64,000 nucleotides of DNA from Thermodesulfovibrionales bacterium (GCA_963715195.1 CAVQRT010000031.1:32001-96000), one strand, 5' to 3'; numbered from the stretch's first letter, positions 11,214 to 22,455 are shown. Numbers and translations are program-made. Notes: generated by a model not told the origin, from the letters alone.

Positions 11214-12587
11214 TCATCGACTGGTAACGTGTTTATGCGGTCGGTATTTGCGTTTTATTGTTGTAATGGAATGCCGGGGAGCGGACACCTGCTGTTGTGA
11301 CATCCTTTGGATACCTGCACTTTTGAACTTCTGTCCTTCCTCTCTTCTTCCTTGGCACTTATTCTGAGAAATAGTGCCGATTTTGTGGGCTTCAAATGTT
11401 TCCGGTTTTTTCTGCTTACAGAGGCGTTGCGAACCGGTAAACTGGGTATCGTACACAGGCGCCACCTTTTTATAATCGAATCCCTTCATGGTGCGACGCT
11501 CCATCTTTTCTCCGAGCACAAGCTCGATGTTGAGCACAACGCCCTCGTCTTCACGGGTAATGAACGAGAAGGCATCGCCGCTCTTTTCTGCTCGGCCGGT
11601 TCGTCCTATCCTATGCGTGTACGCATCGATAGTATCGGGCATATCGTAGTTGATGACGTGGGATATGCGTAAGATATCGATACCGCGGGCTGCGATATCA
11701 GTCGCAACAAGAATCCGATAGAAGCCGTTACGGAATCCGTCCAGTGCCGCTTGGCGCCTATTCTGAGAAAGGTTTCCTTGCAGCGATACGGCCCGGTAGC
11801 CGGCCTTCTCCAGCTGCTGTCCCACGCGCTTTGCGCGGTGTTTGGTACGAGTAAAGATAAGGACTGACTCCGTATCGTTCTGGTCCAGCACTTCAAGGAG
11901 GAGCGAAGTTTTGAGGTGTTGATCCACAGGGTATAAAGCATGAGCGACCGTACGTGCCGGTGCAGCAGGATCGACTTGCACGGTGATTGGTATGTGCAGG
12001 ATTTCGCGGACAAGCCGCCGGATATCATCTGGCATAGTTGCCGAAAACAACAGCGTCTGCCGTTTAGCCGGCACATGCTTGATGATCTTCCTGATATCGG
12101 GAAGGAAACCCATGTCGAACATCCGGTCCGCCTCATCCAAAACGAGCACTTCCAGATGCGACAGGTTTATCATACCGTGATTTATGTGATCGAGCAGGCG
12201 GCCGGGGCAGGCAACGACGATCTCTACCCCGCTGCGCAGTTTCTGTATCTGCAGGTTCATACTTACGCCGCCATATATGCTTACGCTCCTGAGACGGGTC
12301 TGTCGTCCCATAGTGTTGATTGCTTCGTGGATCTGCTCGGCAAGCTCGCGAGTGGGGGCGATGACGAGGGCTCTAACATGCCGGCCTCCCCCTTGCATCA
12401 GACGATGCAAAATCGGTAGTATGAAAGCGGCGGTCTTTCCGGTACCGGTCTGTGCGAGGGCCACAACGTCTCGCCCCTCTAGGACCGGAGGTATTGCCTG
12501 CACCTGGATCGGCGTTGGTGAGACATAGCCTGCTGCCGTTATCCCAGCTGCAACCCGGGGGTGAAAATTAAAAGCGTGAAATTCCAT
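11214..12587 (-). CDS. rhlE: DEAD-box RNA helicase (RhlE-like)
   Basis: Q motif PTPIQ, AQTGTGKT, PTRELA, LDEAD, SAT, HRIGRTGRA. Confidence 0.9.
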   Translation of the reverse strand: MEFHAFNFHPRVAAGITAAGYVSPTPIQVQAIPPVLEGRDVVALAQTGTGKTAAFILPILHRLMQGGGRHVRALVIAPTRELAEQIHEAINTMGRQTRLRSVSIYGGVSMNLQIQKLRSGVEIVVACPGRLLDHINHGMINLSHLEVLVLDEADRMFDMGFLPDIRKIIKHVPAKRQTLLFSATMPDDIRRLVREILHIPITVQVDPAAPARTVAHALYPVDQHLKTSLLLEVLDQNDTESVLIFTRTKHRAKRVGQQLEKAGYRAVSLQGNLSQNRRQAALDGFRNGFYRILVATDIAARGIDILRISHVINYDMPDTIDAYTHRIGRTGRAEKSGDAFSFITREDEGVVLNIELVLGEKMERRTMKGFDYKKVAPVYDTQFTGSQRLCKQKKPETFEAHKIGTISQNKCQGRREEGQKFKSAGIQRMSQQQVSAPRHSITTIKRKYRPHKHVTSR

Positions 12588-12696
12588 AAATTCTTCAAAC
12601 TCCTTTTTTAGGTCTTATCCAGTTTAATCCAATAGATTTGCCCACGCGATACGTGTTCATATTCTCTGTCCGGCTGAGGGAGCCTTGCCCAATTCC

Positions 12697-12897
12697 TTAG
12701 AGTTTAACTACATTAATCGCCTTGGGACCTTTCGGGCCTTCTTCGGTATCAAAGCTAACGATGTCACCTTCGGTGAGGCTCTTAAAGCCATTACCCTGGA
12801 TAGACGTATGGTGTACAAAAACATCATTGCTGTCTTCACTGGTGATGAAGCCAAACCCTTTGCTGTCGTTGAACCACTTCACAGTTCCTTGTTTCAT
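12697..12897 (-). CDS. Cold-shock protein (CspA family)
   Basis: [40 protein letters not shown]. Confidence 0.95.
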   Translation of the reverse strand: MKQGTVKWFNDSKGFGFITSEDSNDVFVHHTSIQGNGFKSLTEGDIVSFDTEEGPKGPKAINVVKL

Positions 12898-12943
12898 GCT
12901 GTTTACCTCCTTATCCTTAAATTAAAATCTCAGAAGGACTCAA

Positions 12944-12979
12944 TAAAAAAGGCCACAAAGCTAAAAGTCTTTGTGGCCC
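12944..12979 (-). promoter_or_regulatory. Terminator-like hairpin in the csp 5' leader
   Basis: Minus strand GGCCACAAAG-acttttag-CTTTGTGGCC then T6, about 50 nt upstream of the ATG. Confidence 0.55.
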
Positions 12980-13208
12980 TCTGTGAACGCAAAAACTCCT
13001 AAAATCTTGTCTATACGGTAGCACTTCCCAGCAGGTTAGTCAAGGTAATTCAGGAGTGACAGGGTATCGGGGGAGGTGAGTAATGCTTTCTTAAAAAACT
13101 TTATTGGGTAATTCTCCAGCATTATTATCTATGCCTTTTCCAATTGTCTCACATCATGACAGATAGTGCCCCGGATATGAATCTGTTCAGTTGGGATGTT
13201 TCCAATTG

Positions 13209-16200
13209 CTAATTATCTGTGGTGAGTATTCTCACCTCGACAAAGTGTTCCTGATGATCGTCAACAAGGGGAATAGCTTGGTCGTCGCGCTCAACGCCGT
13301 CGACTGTTACACTCATCTCTCTTTTCCCATTGCGCTCTTGCATGATGATAATATGATAAACAGTTTCTCGGTATCGGTAGTGCACCTTGAACATCTCCCA
13401 ATCAGCAGGGAGGCACGGAACGATTCGCAGTTTTTCCTTTTCAAGTTTCAAACCTAGGAGCGACTCCACGATAAGCCGGTACATCCATGCAGCTGAACCC
13501 GTGTACCACGTCCATCCGCCGCGGCCTGTATGCGGCGAGAGCGCATAGACGTCGGCTGCGACAACATAGGGCTCCACTTTGTAGGTCGCAATTTCCTCAG
13601 GAGATCGTGCATGGTTCAAGGGGTTGATCATTGCCAACAGTTCCCATGCACGCTGGCTATCGCCCAATTCAGCGAACGCCATTGCTGTCCAGATTGCTCC
13701 ATGAGTATATTGTCCGCCATTCTCTCTAACACCTGGGACGTATCCTTTAATGTATCCGGGGTTCAAATCCGACGTGTCGAATGGGGGGTCCAGGAGGCGG
13801 ATTAACGCGTGGTCTCGGTCAACGAGGCGCTTGTCAACTGCTTCCATTGCTTTACGCGAGCGCGCGGTGTCCCCTGCTCCAGATAAAACGGACCAGCTTT
13901 GTGCAATCGAGTCAATCTGACATTCGGAATTGTTGGCCGAACCGAGCGGCGAGCCGTCGTCGAAGTAAGCTCGGCGGTACCACTCACCATCCCAGCTATG
14001 CTGTTCGATGTTCTGGCGCAGTTGAGCCGCCTCCCTTTGGCATCGCTCGACAAAGGGCAGGTCACCATGCATGCGGGCAACCTCAGAGAACCGCGTAAGC
14101 ACTGTGTAAAGGAAGAATCCCAACCAAACACTTTCGCCTTGGCCTTTTGCCCCCACAAGGTTCATACCATCGTTCCAGTCACCGGAGCCTATGAGAGGCA
14201 GGCCGTGCTCACCAGTCTTGAGGCCCTTAAGAACGGCTCGCACACAGTGTTCGTACAAACTGGCTGTTTCTTCGGACTGGCTGGGCAGGTCGTAATACGA
14301 GTCCTCCTCTGCATTTATCGGGCGGCCTCTAATGAAATGGATAGATTCGTCCAAGACCCCAGTGTCCCCTGTGTTCAGAACGTAGCGGCACGTCACCAAC
14401 GGCAGCCACAAATAATCATCCGAACAGTGTGTCCGTACGCCTCGCCCTGAATGGGGATGCCACCAATGCTGTACGTCTCCCTCTTGGAACTGGCGGGCTG
14501 CGCAGCGGAGCAAGTGCTCCCGCACGAGACGCGGCTCAGCGTGCACGAGTGCCATCACGTCCTGCAACTGATCACGGAAACCAAATGCGCCTCCCGGCTG
14601 GTAGTATCCGTTCCGAGCCCAGAGGCGGCACGCTATCGTTTGATACAAGAGCCAGCCGTTGGTCATAACGTTGATGGACTGATCGGGTGTTTCTACATTC
14701 ACTGCTCCGAGAGAGTGATTCCAGTAGTGCCAGACTGCCTCGAGTGCGACTCGTGCCGCGCCAGATCCACGAAATCTATGCACCAAGTTTCTGGCATCAT
14801 TGGCATCTCTCCCTACACCGAGTCTGAAGATGATCTCACGCTCTTGCCCGTCCGACAGATCGAATGGGACCTGGATAGCAGCGCAAGGATCCAAAGCGGC
14901 CCCCACCTTTCCCGAAAGCCTCGACTGCGTCATAGCAGCAGGATTTCGAAGTGTGCCATTACGGCCAAGGAACTCAGTCCGGTCGCAGCTTACGGTACGT
15001 GTCGTATCGTCCGCATCGAAGAAGGCAATCCGTTCGGCGAACTCCGTGTTGTATGGGTTCCTTGCGAAGAGAGCGCCGCTGCTGGGGTCAATTTTGGTCA
15101 CTATATGCATTGCCGACTTCGGACGCAGATTCCCAAGCACCCATTCCACGTATCCCGTAGCGGAGAGTCGTCGCGGGCGGCCTGATTCGTTCCTGATCTT
15201 TAACACCATGAACTTGATCGATGCGTCCAAGGCCACATAAACCCACAGCTCAGAGACAATGCCGGCCTCCGTATGCTCGAATATGCTGTAGCCAAATCCG
15301 TGCCGTATGACGTAAGGCGTCATTCCACGACTGGGCAGCGGCGTAAGGGACCAGAAGTGGCCGCTCTCTTCGTCACGGAGGTAAAAAGCTTCTCCACTCG
15401 AATCGCTCACGGGATCGTTGTACCAAGGTGTGAGGCGGAACTCGTGGGCATTCTCGCTCCAGGTATAGGCAAAGCCATGCTCTGAGATAATGGTTCCGAA
15501 ATTTGGGTTCGCTATCACATTCGTCCACGGTGCCGGTGTGACTTGACTGTGTGTCGTCGTAACCACGTACTCCCGACCGTCAAGCGTGAACCCTCCTAGC
15601 CCATTGAAGAAAATCAGATCTTGTCGAGAAAGCCCTGAGTTCGCCAAAGGTTCAACGCGATGCATTGTGGTCGGTATGATAGGCGGAACGCTCACTTCCG
15701 GCAGACGTCGACGGTGAATCTGGTCCCACAGTGTCCCTCTGCTATCGGTGAGGATAGCGCGAGCGACCACTTGGAGGAGAATGCGGTCCTCGTTCGGTAT
15801 CTGGTCGGCAGCTCGCACAAAGATGCCACCTGGGCGATCGGTCATGTTCGCCTCGATGCCTGCGATCAGATCCATGATTTGTTCGTGGAGCAGTTGCCGG
15901 TAGCCGGTGTGATCTTCGTTCCAGATCACCAGGTCCACCGCCAACCCTTTCAACCGCCAGTATGCGTGGGCCTGGACGAGTTGGCGCACCAGTTCGATAT
16001 TAGCAGGGTTTCCAATCTGAAGCAGCACAATTGGCAAATCGCCGGAAATGGAGTAGCCCCACAGTCCGGATTGACCGCGGCGGTTACTGATAAAAACGCT
16101 CGCGTCTGCGCGCAGCGAGGCATTAGCGTAAATTACCGGCCCTGCAAGGTGTTCGTAAAGTTGCGCGTCCGCAGACGTGGCGTTGAGATGCTGCAGGACC

Positions 16201-19200
16201 ACCTGGCTGTGGGTCCATGCCAGATCAAAGACGCGATCAGCGAGGCGCCGATCCTGATATTTCTCGACAAGGCTTAAGGCAGCGTTACGAGTCTCCCCGA
16301 TGCCGGAGACAATATTGATCGTCGCCGTCTTTTCCGGTTCGAGTGTTATGTGATGACGGATCGCGACAATCGGATCGAGCACGGAGCCCTGGCTGCCCGA
16401 GAGCGGAGCGGATCCCTTCATTGCTTGAGGATTGGTGACCGTGTTTCCGCGGCCGATGAATCGCGAGCGGTCGGTCTCGTAGGAAACCGCTTCGATGTTT
16501 GCCCCGTGCACAGTCATTAGGTGAAACATCCAGGGCACCGGTTCGCCGAGGGAGCGGGGCCGGCGGGTGCAAAGAATCGCCTTGCTTTGGGGGAGGATCT
16601 CCGTCTGAACAAATAGATTACTGAACGCTGGATGCAGAGCGTCCGCGGTTGGCGATGTGAGTACGACTTCCGAGTAACTTGTGACATCGATCGCCTTACG
16701 CGTCGCGGCTCGGTTGGTGATGTTGATCCTGCGGATTTCAATATCATCCTCGGGTGAGACGGTGATCTCCGTATGAGTATCAAAGTCGTAATCGCGGCGT
16801 CGAAACTCCGCTCGCGCCTCCGAGAAAATTGCTTCGTAATTGTCCGATCGCTCGAGTGTTGGCTGATAAGCGCTTGACCAGAATTTCCCACTCGTTACGT
16901 CGCGAAGATAACAGAACATGCCCCAGTTGTCAGAGGTAGTGTCTTCGCGCCAACGTGAGACTGCGATGTCCTTCCAACGGCTGTAACCGCCCCCTGAGTT
17001 CGTTACCATCACATGGTATCTGCCGTTCGATAACAACTGCACTTCAGGAATCGGCGTATCCGGGCTGTTGAAAACGCGCACCCGCGGCTTATCACCGCCG
17101 GAAGTTATATGTAAATCGGATAGCTCGGCAGGCGAATAGTATGACGTGGTCTTTGGAATCCGCTCCTGGAGTAACAGAGTGGTTGCCTGAACCAACGGAT
17201 CCGACTCGAATCGTTTTTGCATTGGACGATTCAGGAGAAAAGAGGCCAAAGAGAGGAGGCTCATGCCCTGATGATGCGCCATGAAGGAGCGAACAACGGT
17301 GCTCGATTGCCCTCGGGGTAGACGCGACTGAGTGTAGTCAACCGCCTCATAGAAGCCGTATTTTCCTTCCAGTCCATCCTTGGCTAGTCGCTGTAAATTC
17401 AGACACGCCTCCTTAGGTTCCAGCATCAGCGCTAAGGCCGAAGCATACGGCGCAATAACCAAATCCTCGGTGAGTCCGCGTTTAAGCCCCAGGCCGGGCA
17501 CTCCAAAAGCGCGGTACTGATAGTTGAGACGGATGTCGACCATGTTGTAGCCCGATTCCGACATGCCCCACGGTACACCGCGCTGCTTCCCATACTCGAT
17601 CTGCATCTTCACCGCCGCCTTACAGGTCCGGTCGAGCAGCGTGTTTTCGTAGGTCGGCATTATCAGGAGCGGCATAAGGTACTCGAACATCGAACCGCTC
17701 CATGAAAGGAGAATCGGTTCTCCATCGGCGGTTGTGAGCAGGCGCCCTAGCGCAAACCAACTCTCCTGCGGTAGTTGTTCCTGTGCAATTCCGACGAAAG
17801 TACACAATCTCGCTTCAGAAGCCAGCAAATCGTAGTAGCTTTCGTCCCGACGACGCTCACCAACGTTGTATCCGATAGCCAGAAGATGACGCGCCTCATC
17901 ATACAGGAAGTCATACTCAATGCGAGCGAGTTCGCTGGATTGTTGTGCAAGGAGTTCTATAGCCGCAAGCCTGGCTTTGGCGTGGCCGCTTGCGTTCGCA
18001 ATGAGTCGTCTGAGATCTCCTAACCACTCGCGCTCATTGATGGTCATGTGCTTGTCGAGCCGATCTTTTGTTGTCAACAAAAACTCGTCCTCAAGTCCTG
18101 CCAGTCCGAGCAGCGTTGGGATCTCATCGAGACTGTCAATATCAATGAGTTTATTCTGAAAAGCAGGCAATAATGTCCACGGAGCGAGAAACGTCAACTC
18201 ATCAAGGGCACTTTGGCATTGCCGGGAAAAAGCACGTGCCCAAAACTTCGTGAGACTCTCAGAGTTCCCGTCGAGGCTGTTCACCACCTCCTCAGCCGAC
18301 GTCACCAGACGGTTAAGGCAGAGCCACAGGAGCGTGAGTGTGGTTGGCCGGGAATCGCACGCGGACGCCAGGTCCTCCTGAAGTTGAGCGAATTGCGCGT
18401 TAGCTGTTTCTCCTGCCACATCCGCGAGGACCTTTACCGTGTCGCTAAGTCCGTCAAACAACTCCCCTCCCAGAATTTTCTGATCGGGAAGTGCGAGCAG
18501 ACCCGGCCGTAGTGTCATCAGATTGCCCGCGAGGTTCCCGCTGTCTACCGTCGAGATGTAAGTGGGTAACAGCGGTTTCAGGGAGAGCGTATCGTACCAG
18601 TTGTAAAAGTGCCCTCGGTAACGCTCCATGGCTTCCATCGTGCGGAATGTATTCTCTGTTCGCTCGATAAACTGTCCGGCCGTTATATATCCAAAATCGT
18701 AAGCGGACAGATTTGCCAGCAGCGAAAGCCCTATATTGGTGGGGGATGTGCGATGTCCGACCAAGGGTACACCATACTCTTGATAATTATCAGGCGGTAG
18801 CCAATGATCTTCTGGACCGACGAATGTCTCGAAGAACCCCCACGTCTTTCGGGAAAGCATCCTAAGAAAGATGGTCTGATCGGTAGTCAGACTTGCTTGG
18901 ATGCGAGCGAGCGGACGGCTGATCCACCAGGCGATAGCGGGAGAGGCAAACCAGATGGCCAGCATGGGTCCAGCAAATGCCAGTGCGGACGGTCTTGCAA
19001 GAGTAAGATAGGCAAGCATGGCAAGGGCAATGATGGGAGCGATCCACATCTTCCGATAGAAGGCAAAGAGGTCCACACGGCTCGTTCTATCTGAATCGCT
19101 CGAAGGATTCCACTCTAAGAGTCTTCTGCGTATGGCAAGCCGCCCGGCCGTACGCAGAATCGCATCTAGACTGAAGAAGGCATCGTAGGGGAGACACGCG

Positions 19201-21929
19201 AGCGTAAATGCCGCCTGTGCGGAGTGGAGGCCAGCCGAACGCACCGCGGCAGCGATATGTTGCCTGAGCAGCATATCGCCCGGCTTCTGAAACATATCCA
19301 GAGTAGAGGCAATCCAAGGAGGAATAAGGATGGTTCCTATGACCACTAAGGTCCACAGCCATATCGGAGACAAGACTGTCCAAGCCATTAGAAAGAGTAG
19401 TGTCAAAGCTGAAGGCACGAGACTACGACGAAGATTGTCGAAGATCTTCCATCGCGACAGTCCGGACAGCGAATTTTTCTGGCGACGCGTGCCGAGACCG
19501 GGAACGCCTGGCAGAAGCCAGCGTGCAATCTGCCAATCCCCGCGAATCCAGCGATGCCGCCGGATCACGTCCGTGCCGTAGTCAGATGGGTATTCCTCGT
19601 ACAACGGTACATCGCTCAGCAGTCCCGCTCGTGCGTAGCAACCTTCCAAAAGATCGTGGCTGAGAATGCGGTTCTCCGGAAAACGTCCACTGAGTGAACT
19701 CTCGAACGCATCGACATCGTAAATCCCCTTACCAATGTACGAGCCTTCCTGAAAGAGGTCTTGGTAAACGTCAGAGACGGCGCGTGTGTAGGGGTCGATG
19801 CCTGGCTCGCTCCCGAAGAGGTGCGCGTAACGCGACCGGTTTGTGCCCACCAAGCTTGAGGCAACGCGCGGCTGAAGGATGCCATACCCCTCAGAGACAC
19901 GCTGTTTGTCTTTATCATACTTCGCACGATTGAGCGGGTGCGACATGGCTCCCACAAACTGCCACGCGGAATCGCGTGGCAGTTGAGTATCTGTATCAAG
20001 GGTGATTACATATTTTACGTTCGATAAGATGTCCGTATTACCAACGATGAGTGAGAAATGATCCCCAGAGACACCATGTGGGCTACCACGCAGAAACGCG
20101 TTCAATGCCGCGAGCTTCCCACGCTTGCGCTCGTAACCCATCCAAATCTTCTCCCGGGGATTCCATCGGCGTGGACGGTGAAAAAGGAAGAACGTGTCGC
20201 TTTTTACGCTCCTGTACTTTTCATTCAGCTCTTCGATTCCTTTCTGAACCAGCTCTAACAGCAGTTCGTCCTCCGGTATCGTTTCCGCATGTGCATCCCG
20301 GAAATCAGTTAGCAGACCGAAATGCAGGTTATCGTCCCGATTTGCCAGAAATCTGACTTCAAGCGCTTCTACTAGATTCTTGATCTCTTGAACGCCCGTG
20401 AGCATAGTCGGGATCACAGCCAGTGTGCGCGATTCCGGGGGAATTCCCCTGGAAAAGTCCATTCGCGGCAGCACTTGCGGCTTGGCCAGTAAAGTCGCTA
20501 GCCAGTTCACCAGTGCCACCGCAATATGACTTATGCTGAGCACTGAGAGGATAGCGGTCAGCGCGAGCAGCCAATCATTTAATCCGCTACCATAAGTCTT
20601 CACCAATAAGCCCCCTGCTAAGGCCACAGTAATCAGCGCGATCGCGCCAAGATAGAGAAACAAAGGAAATGAGCGTCCCATTTTCTGAAGAGATCCAAGG
20701 GTTGAAAGACGCACTTTCATCGTTCGTTCAAGCTGCGTTAAACCCTTGTCGATCAGATAGAAGCCGACGTGTGCCGTTCGGTCATTACTGCCTTTGCTTT
20801 CTGCAGCTTCATGCGCCAGATGGACCGCATTACGTGACACTTCACTTTCGGGTAGCCCGCTGTGCTTCGCCATCTTCTCCACAACATGACGGTATCTATC
20901 ACGGGTAGTAAAATCCATCTTGTCATAGACGCCGGCCGGATCCTCGCACAGTGTCCGCTCAACAATGCTCAGTCGCTCGACGAACTCGCGCCAGTCCACC
21001 GCCCCGAGTAAACGGAGACTATTGATACTGTTGCTTATGGAAACCTGGTCGGCGGCTTGTTGCTGGTTCTCCGCCTGCACTAACTGTTCAATCGTTAGGC
21101 CATACTCGGAGAGTCGCTGTTTAATCCAGGTTAGAGGCATTGCCAACGCGGGACCTTGCCCCTGCAATCGGCGCGTAAATTCTGCAACAAATGAACTCAC
21201 CATCGGTGGTTTTGAGCGTGCCATATCAGCAATCGCCAAAATTAGGCTCTTCGGATCCTTCCCGGCAGTCTCCGTGATCTGGTCTACCCAATAGTCGGCG
21301 AGGTTTCGGTCTATTATGTCAGCGGCGATCCGAGTTCCAATGCGGCGGAGATTTTCGATTAATGCGAGGCGCAGCATAATAGGGATCGCCCACAATTCTC
21401 CCAACTTCAGGGAGTTGACCGTTTGGTAGGCTGTAACAAAACTACTGAGACTTTCCGGGTACACACTTCCGTCGCCGTGCGAGATTGTCTCCAAGGCGAG
21501 GTCATACACGCGCGGAAGCCCGGCCGATTGTCCTTCCTGCAAGCGTGGCAGTTCACGGCTGTAACCTTTTGGCAGGTGTCGTTTGGCTGTACGAATCTGT
21601 TCTTCAATCAAATAGAAGTTATCAAGCAGCCATTCACCGGCCGGCGTAATCCGGCGGTTGGTCTTAACGGCGTCCGTCAGCAGGTTGCGGGCTCCGATCA
21701 GGATGCTTTCATTTTCAGCCAGCCGTTTCAGAAGCTGGCCCCGTGCACGTGCCAGACCTAACTTGTGCAAGCCTGCCAGGGTCTTGCCATGCTGCTCCAT
21801 CTGATCGCTACTGAAGAGTTCTGATCGCAGCGGAGTCTCACTGCTGGCGTACTTTAGCGCCAAGGCGTTTCCGCGGAGGCTCGTCCATAAATGGGACAGG
21901 TGTTTAAGAATACTGCTGCTTATCTGCAC
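13209..21929 (-). CDS. ndvB: Cyclic beta-1,2-glucan synthase (NdvB/ChvB/Cgs; glycosyltransferase plus GH94 phosphorylase), 2906 aa
   Basis: EWLLDNFYLIEEQI, WMGYERKRGKL, LSHDLLEG, RRHRWIRGDWQI, SWSGSMFEYLMP, GAFGFRDQLQD, GDWNDGMN, GWTWYTGSA. Confidence 0.93.
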   Translation of the reverse strand: MQISSSILKHLSHLWTSLRGNALALKYASSETPLRSELFSSDQMEQHGKTLAGLHKLGLARARGQLLKRLAENESILIGARNLLTDAVKTNRRITPAGEWLLDNFYLIEEQIRTAKRHLPKGYSRELPRLQEGQSAGLPRVYDLALETISHGDGSVYPESLSSFVTAYQTVNSLKLGELWAIPIMLRLALIENLRRIGTRIAADIIDRNLADYWVDQITETAGKDPKSLILAIADMARSKPPMVSSFVAEFTRRLQGQGPALAMPLTWIKQRLSEYGLTIEQLVQAENQQQAADQVSISNSINSLRLLGAVDWREFVERLSIVERTLCEDPAGVYDKMDFTTRDRYRHVVEKMAKHSGLPESEVSRNAVHLAHEAAESKGSNDRTAHVGFYLIDKGLTQLERTMKVRLSTLGSLQKMGRSFPLFLYLGAIALITVALAGGLLVKTYGSGLNDWLLALTAILSVLSISHIAVALVNWLATLLAKPQVLPRMDFSRGIPPESRTLAVIPTMLTGVQEIKNLVEALEVRFLANRDDNLHFGLLTDFRDAHAETIPEDELLLELVQKGIEELNEKYRSVKSDTFFLFHRPRRWNPREKIWMGYERKRGKLAALNAFLRGSPHGVSGDHFSLIVGNTDILSNVKYVITLDTDTQLPRDSAWQFVGAMSHPLNRAKYDKDKQRVSEGYGILQPRVASSLVGTNRSRYAHLFGSEPGIDPYTRAVSDVYQDLFQEGSYIGKGIYDVDAFESSLSGRFPENRILSHDLLEGCYARAGLLSDVPLYEEYPSDYGTDVIRRHRWIRGDWQIARWLLPGVPGLGTRRQKNSLSGLSRWKIFDNLRRSLVPSALTLLFLMAWTVLSPIWLWTLVVIGTILIPPWIASTLDMFQKPGDMLLRQHIAAAVRSAGLHSAQAAFTLACLPYDAFFSLDAILRTAGRLAIRRRLLEWNPSSDSDRTSRVDLFAFYRKMWIAPIIALAMLAYLTLARPSALAFAGPMLAIWFASPAIAWWISRPLARIQASLTTDQTIFLRMLSRKTWGFFETFVGPEDHWLPPDNYQEYGVPLVGHRTSPTNIGLSLLANLSAYDFGYITAGQFIERTENTFRTMEAMERYRGHFYNWYDTLSLKPLLPTYISTVDSGNLAGNLMTLRPGLLALPDQKILGGELFDGLSDTVKVLADVAGETANAQFAQLQEDLASACDSRPTTLTLLWLCLNRLVTSAEEVVNSLDGNSESLTKFWARAFSRQCQSALDELTFLAPWTLLPAFQNKLIDIDSLDEIPTLLGLAGLEDEFLLTTKDRLDKHMTINEREWLGDLRRLIANASGHAKARLAAIELLAQQSSELARIEYDFLYDEARHLLAIGYNVGERRRDESYYDLLASEARLCTFVGIAQEQLPQESWFALGRLLTTADGEPILLSWSGSMFEYLMPLLIMPTYENTLLDRTCKAAVKMQIEYGKQRGVPWGMSESGYNMVDIRLNYQYRAFGVPGLGLKRGLTEDLVIAPYASALALMLEPKEACLNLQRLAKDGLEGKYGFYEAVDYTQSRLPRGQSSTVVRSFMAHHQGMSLLSLASFLLNRPMQKRFESDPLVQATTLLLQERIPKTTSYYSPAELSDLHITSGGDKPRVRVFNSPDTPIPEVQLLSNGRYHVMVTNSGGGYSRWKDIAVSRWREDTTSDNWGMFCYLRDVTSGKFWSSAYQPTLERSDNYEAIFSEARAEFRRRDYDFDTHTEITVSPEDDIEIRRINITNRAATRKAIDVTSYSEVVLTSPTADALHPAFSNLFVQTEILPQSKAILCTRRPRSLGEPVPWMFHLMTVHGANIEAVSYETDRSRFIGRGNTVTNPQAMKGSAPLSGSQGSVLDPIVAIRHHITLEPEKTATINIVSGIGETRNAALSLVEKYQDRRLADRVFDLAWTHSQVVLQHLNATSADAQLYEHLAGPVIYANASLRADASVFISNRRGQSGLWGYSISGDLPIVLLQIGNPANIELVRQLVQAHAYWRLKGLAVDLVIWNEDHTGYRQLLHEQIMDLIAGIEANMTDRPGGIFVRAADQIPNEDRILLQVVARAILTDSRGTLWDQIHRRRLPEVSVPPIIPTTMHRVEPLANSGLSRQDLIFFNGLGGFTLDGREYVVTTTHSQVTPAPWTNVIANPNFGTIISEHGFAYTWSENAHEFRLTPWYNDPVSDSSGEAFYLRDEESGHFWSLTPLPSRGMTPYVIRHGFGYSIFEHTEAGIVSELWVYVALDASIKFMVLKIRNESGRPRRLSATGYVEWVLGNLRPKSAMHIVTKIDPSSGALFARNPYNTEFAERIAFFDADDTTRTVSCDRTEFLGRNGTLRNPAAMTQSRLSGKVGAALDPCAAIQVPFDLSDGQEREIIFRLGVGRDANDARNLVHRFRGSGAARVALEAVWHYWNHSLGAVNVETPDQSINVMTNGWLLYQTIACRLWARNGYYQPGGAFGFRDQLQDVMALVHAEPRLVREHLLRCAARQFQEGDVQHWWHPHSGRGVRTHCSDDYLWLPLVTCRYVLNTGDTGVLDESIHFIRGRPINAEEDSYYDLPSQSEETASLYEHCVRAVLKGLKTGEHGLPLIGSGDWNDGMNLVGAKGQGESVWLGFFLYTVLTRFSEVARMHGDLPFVERCQREAAQLRQNIEQHSWDGEWYRRAYFDDGSPLGSANNSECQIDSIAQSWSVLSGAGDTARSRKAMEAVDKRLVDRDHALIRLLDPPFDTSDLNPGYIKGYVPGVRENGGQYTHGAIWTAMAFAELGDSQRAWELLAMINPLNHARSPEEIATYKVEPYVVAADVYALSPHTGRGGWTWYTGSAAWMYRLIVESLLGLKLEKEKLRIVPCLPADWEMFKVHYRYRETVYHIIIMQERNGKREMSVTVDGVERDDQAIPLVDDHQEHFVEVRILTTDN

Positions 21930-22341
21930 GTTTGAGGATTCCTTTTGAGAAACGAAGTCTCAGTAAATAGGATTGCAATCAGAGCGGTGGCTTTAGCCTA
22001 TCCCCTTTCGGTAGTCAGTGTTCATGTTTCCTATTGAAGCTTCTATGATGGTATTATAGATCCGCTATGGTACCAATGTGCTGTTCAGCGACCGAGGACA
22101 GAGTGGTGAGCCCGGCTCTTGTGTATCGTCAAACAGGAGGAATAAAGTTATTCATTCCGATTGGTAATATACAGCATTATAACAGATCACTATCTTAAAG
22201 AATCTTGTACGCAAGGGCCTAATGCCTCTCTGCGACAAACAACTTGAAATAGAAACAACATTTTTGTCTGAAGTTCTGTTTTATCAGAAATTAAACTTCA
22301 TAAGGAATCGTGTTTTTCTCGCGTTTGAATTCTGATTCCTG

Positions 22342-22455
22342 TTACGGGTTTTTTGGTTGCTGCTTATCCTGTTTCTTTTTTGCCTCTTGTTCATGTTTTT
22401 TTATCTTCTGTTTCTGTATCTTGTTCTTATCCTTCTTGCCGCCTTTGTCTCCCAT
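22342..22455 (-). CDS. 37-aa Lys/Gln-rich small protein MGDKGGKKDKNKIQKQKIKKHEQEAKKKQDKQQPKNP (below the ORF-track cutoff)
   Basis: ATG at 22455 with SD AAGAAAGGA, TAA at 22342; co-oriented with the RRM gene. Confidence 0.6.
   Translation of the reverse strand: MGDKGGKKDKNKIQKQKIKKHEQEAKKKQDKQQPKNP

Noticed and set aside
13209..21929. Many 60-240 aa alternative-frame and antisense ORFs inside ndvB (also inside mfd, ligA and rhlE)
   Set aside because: Shadow ORFs of long genes with no recognisable motifs.
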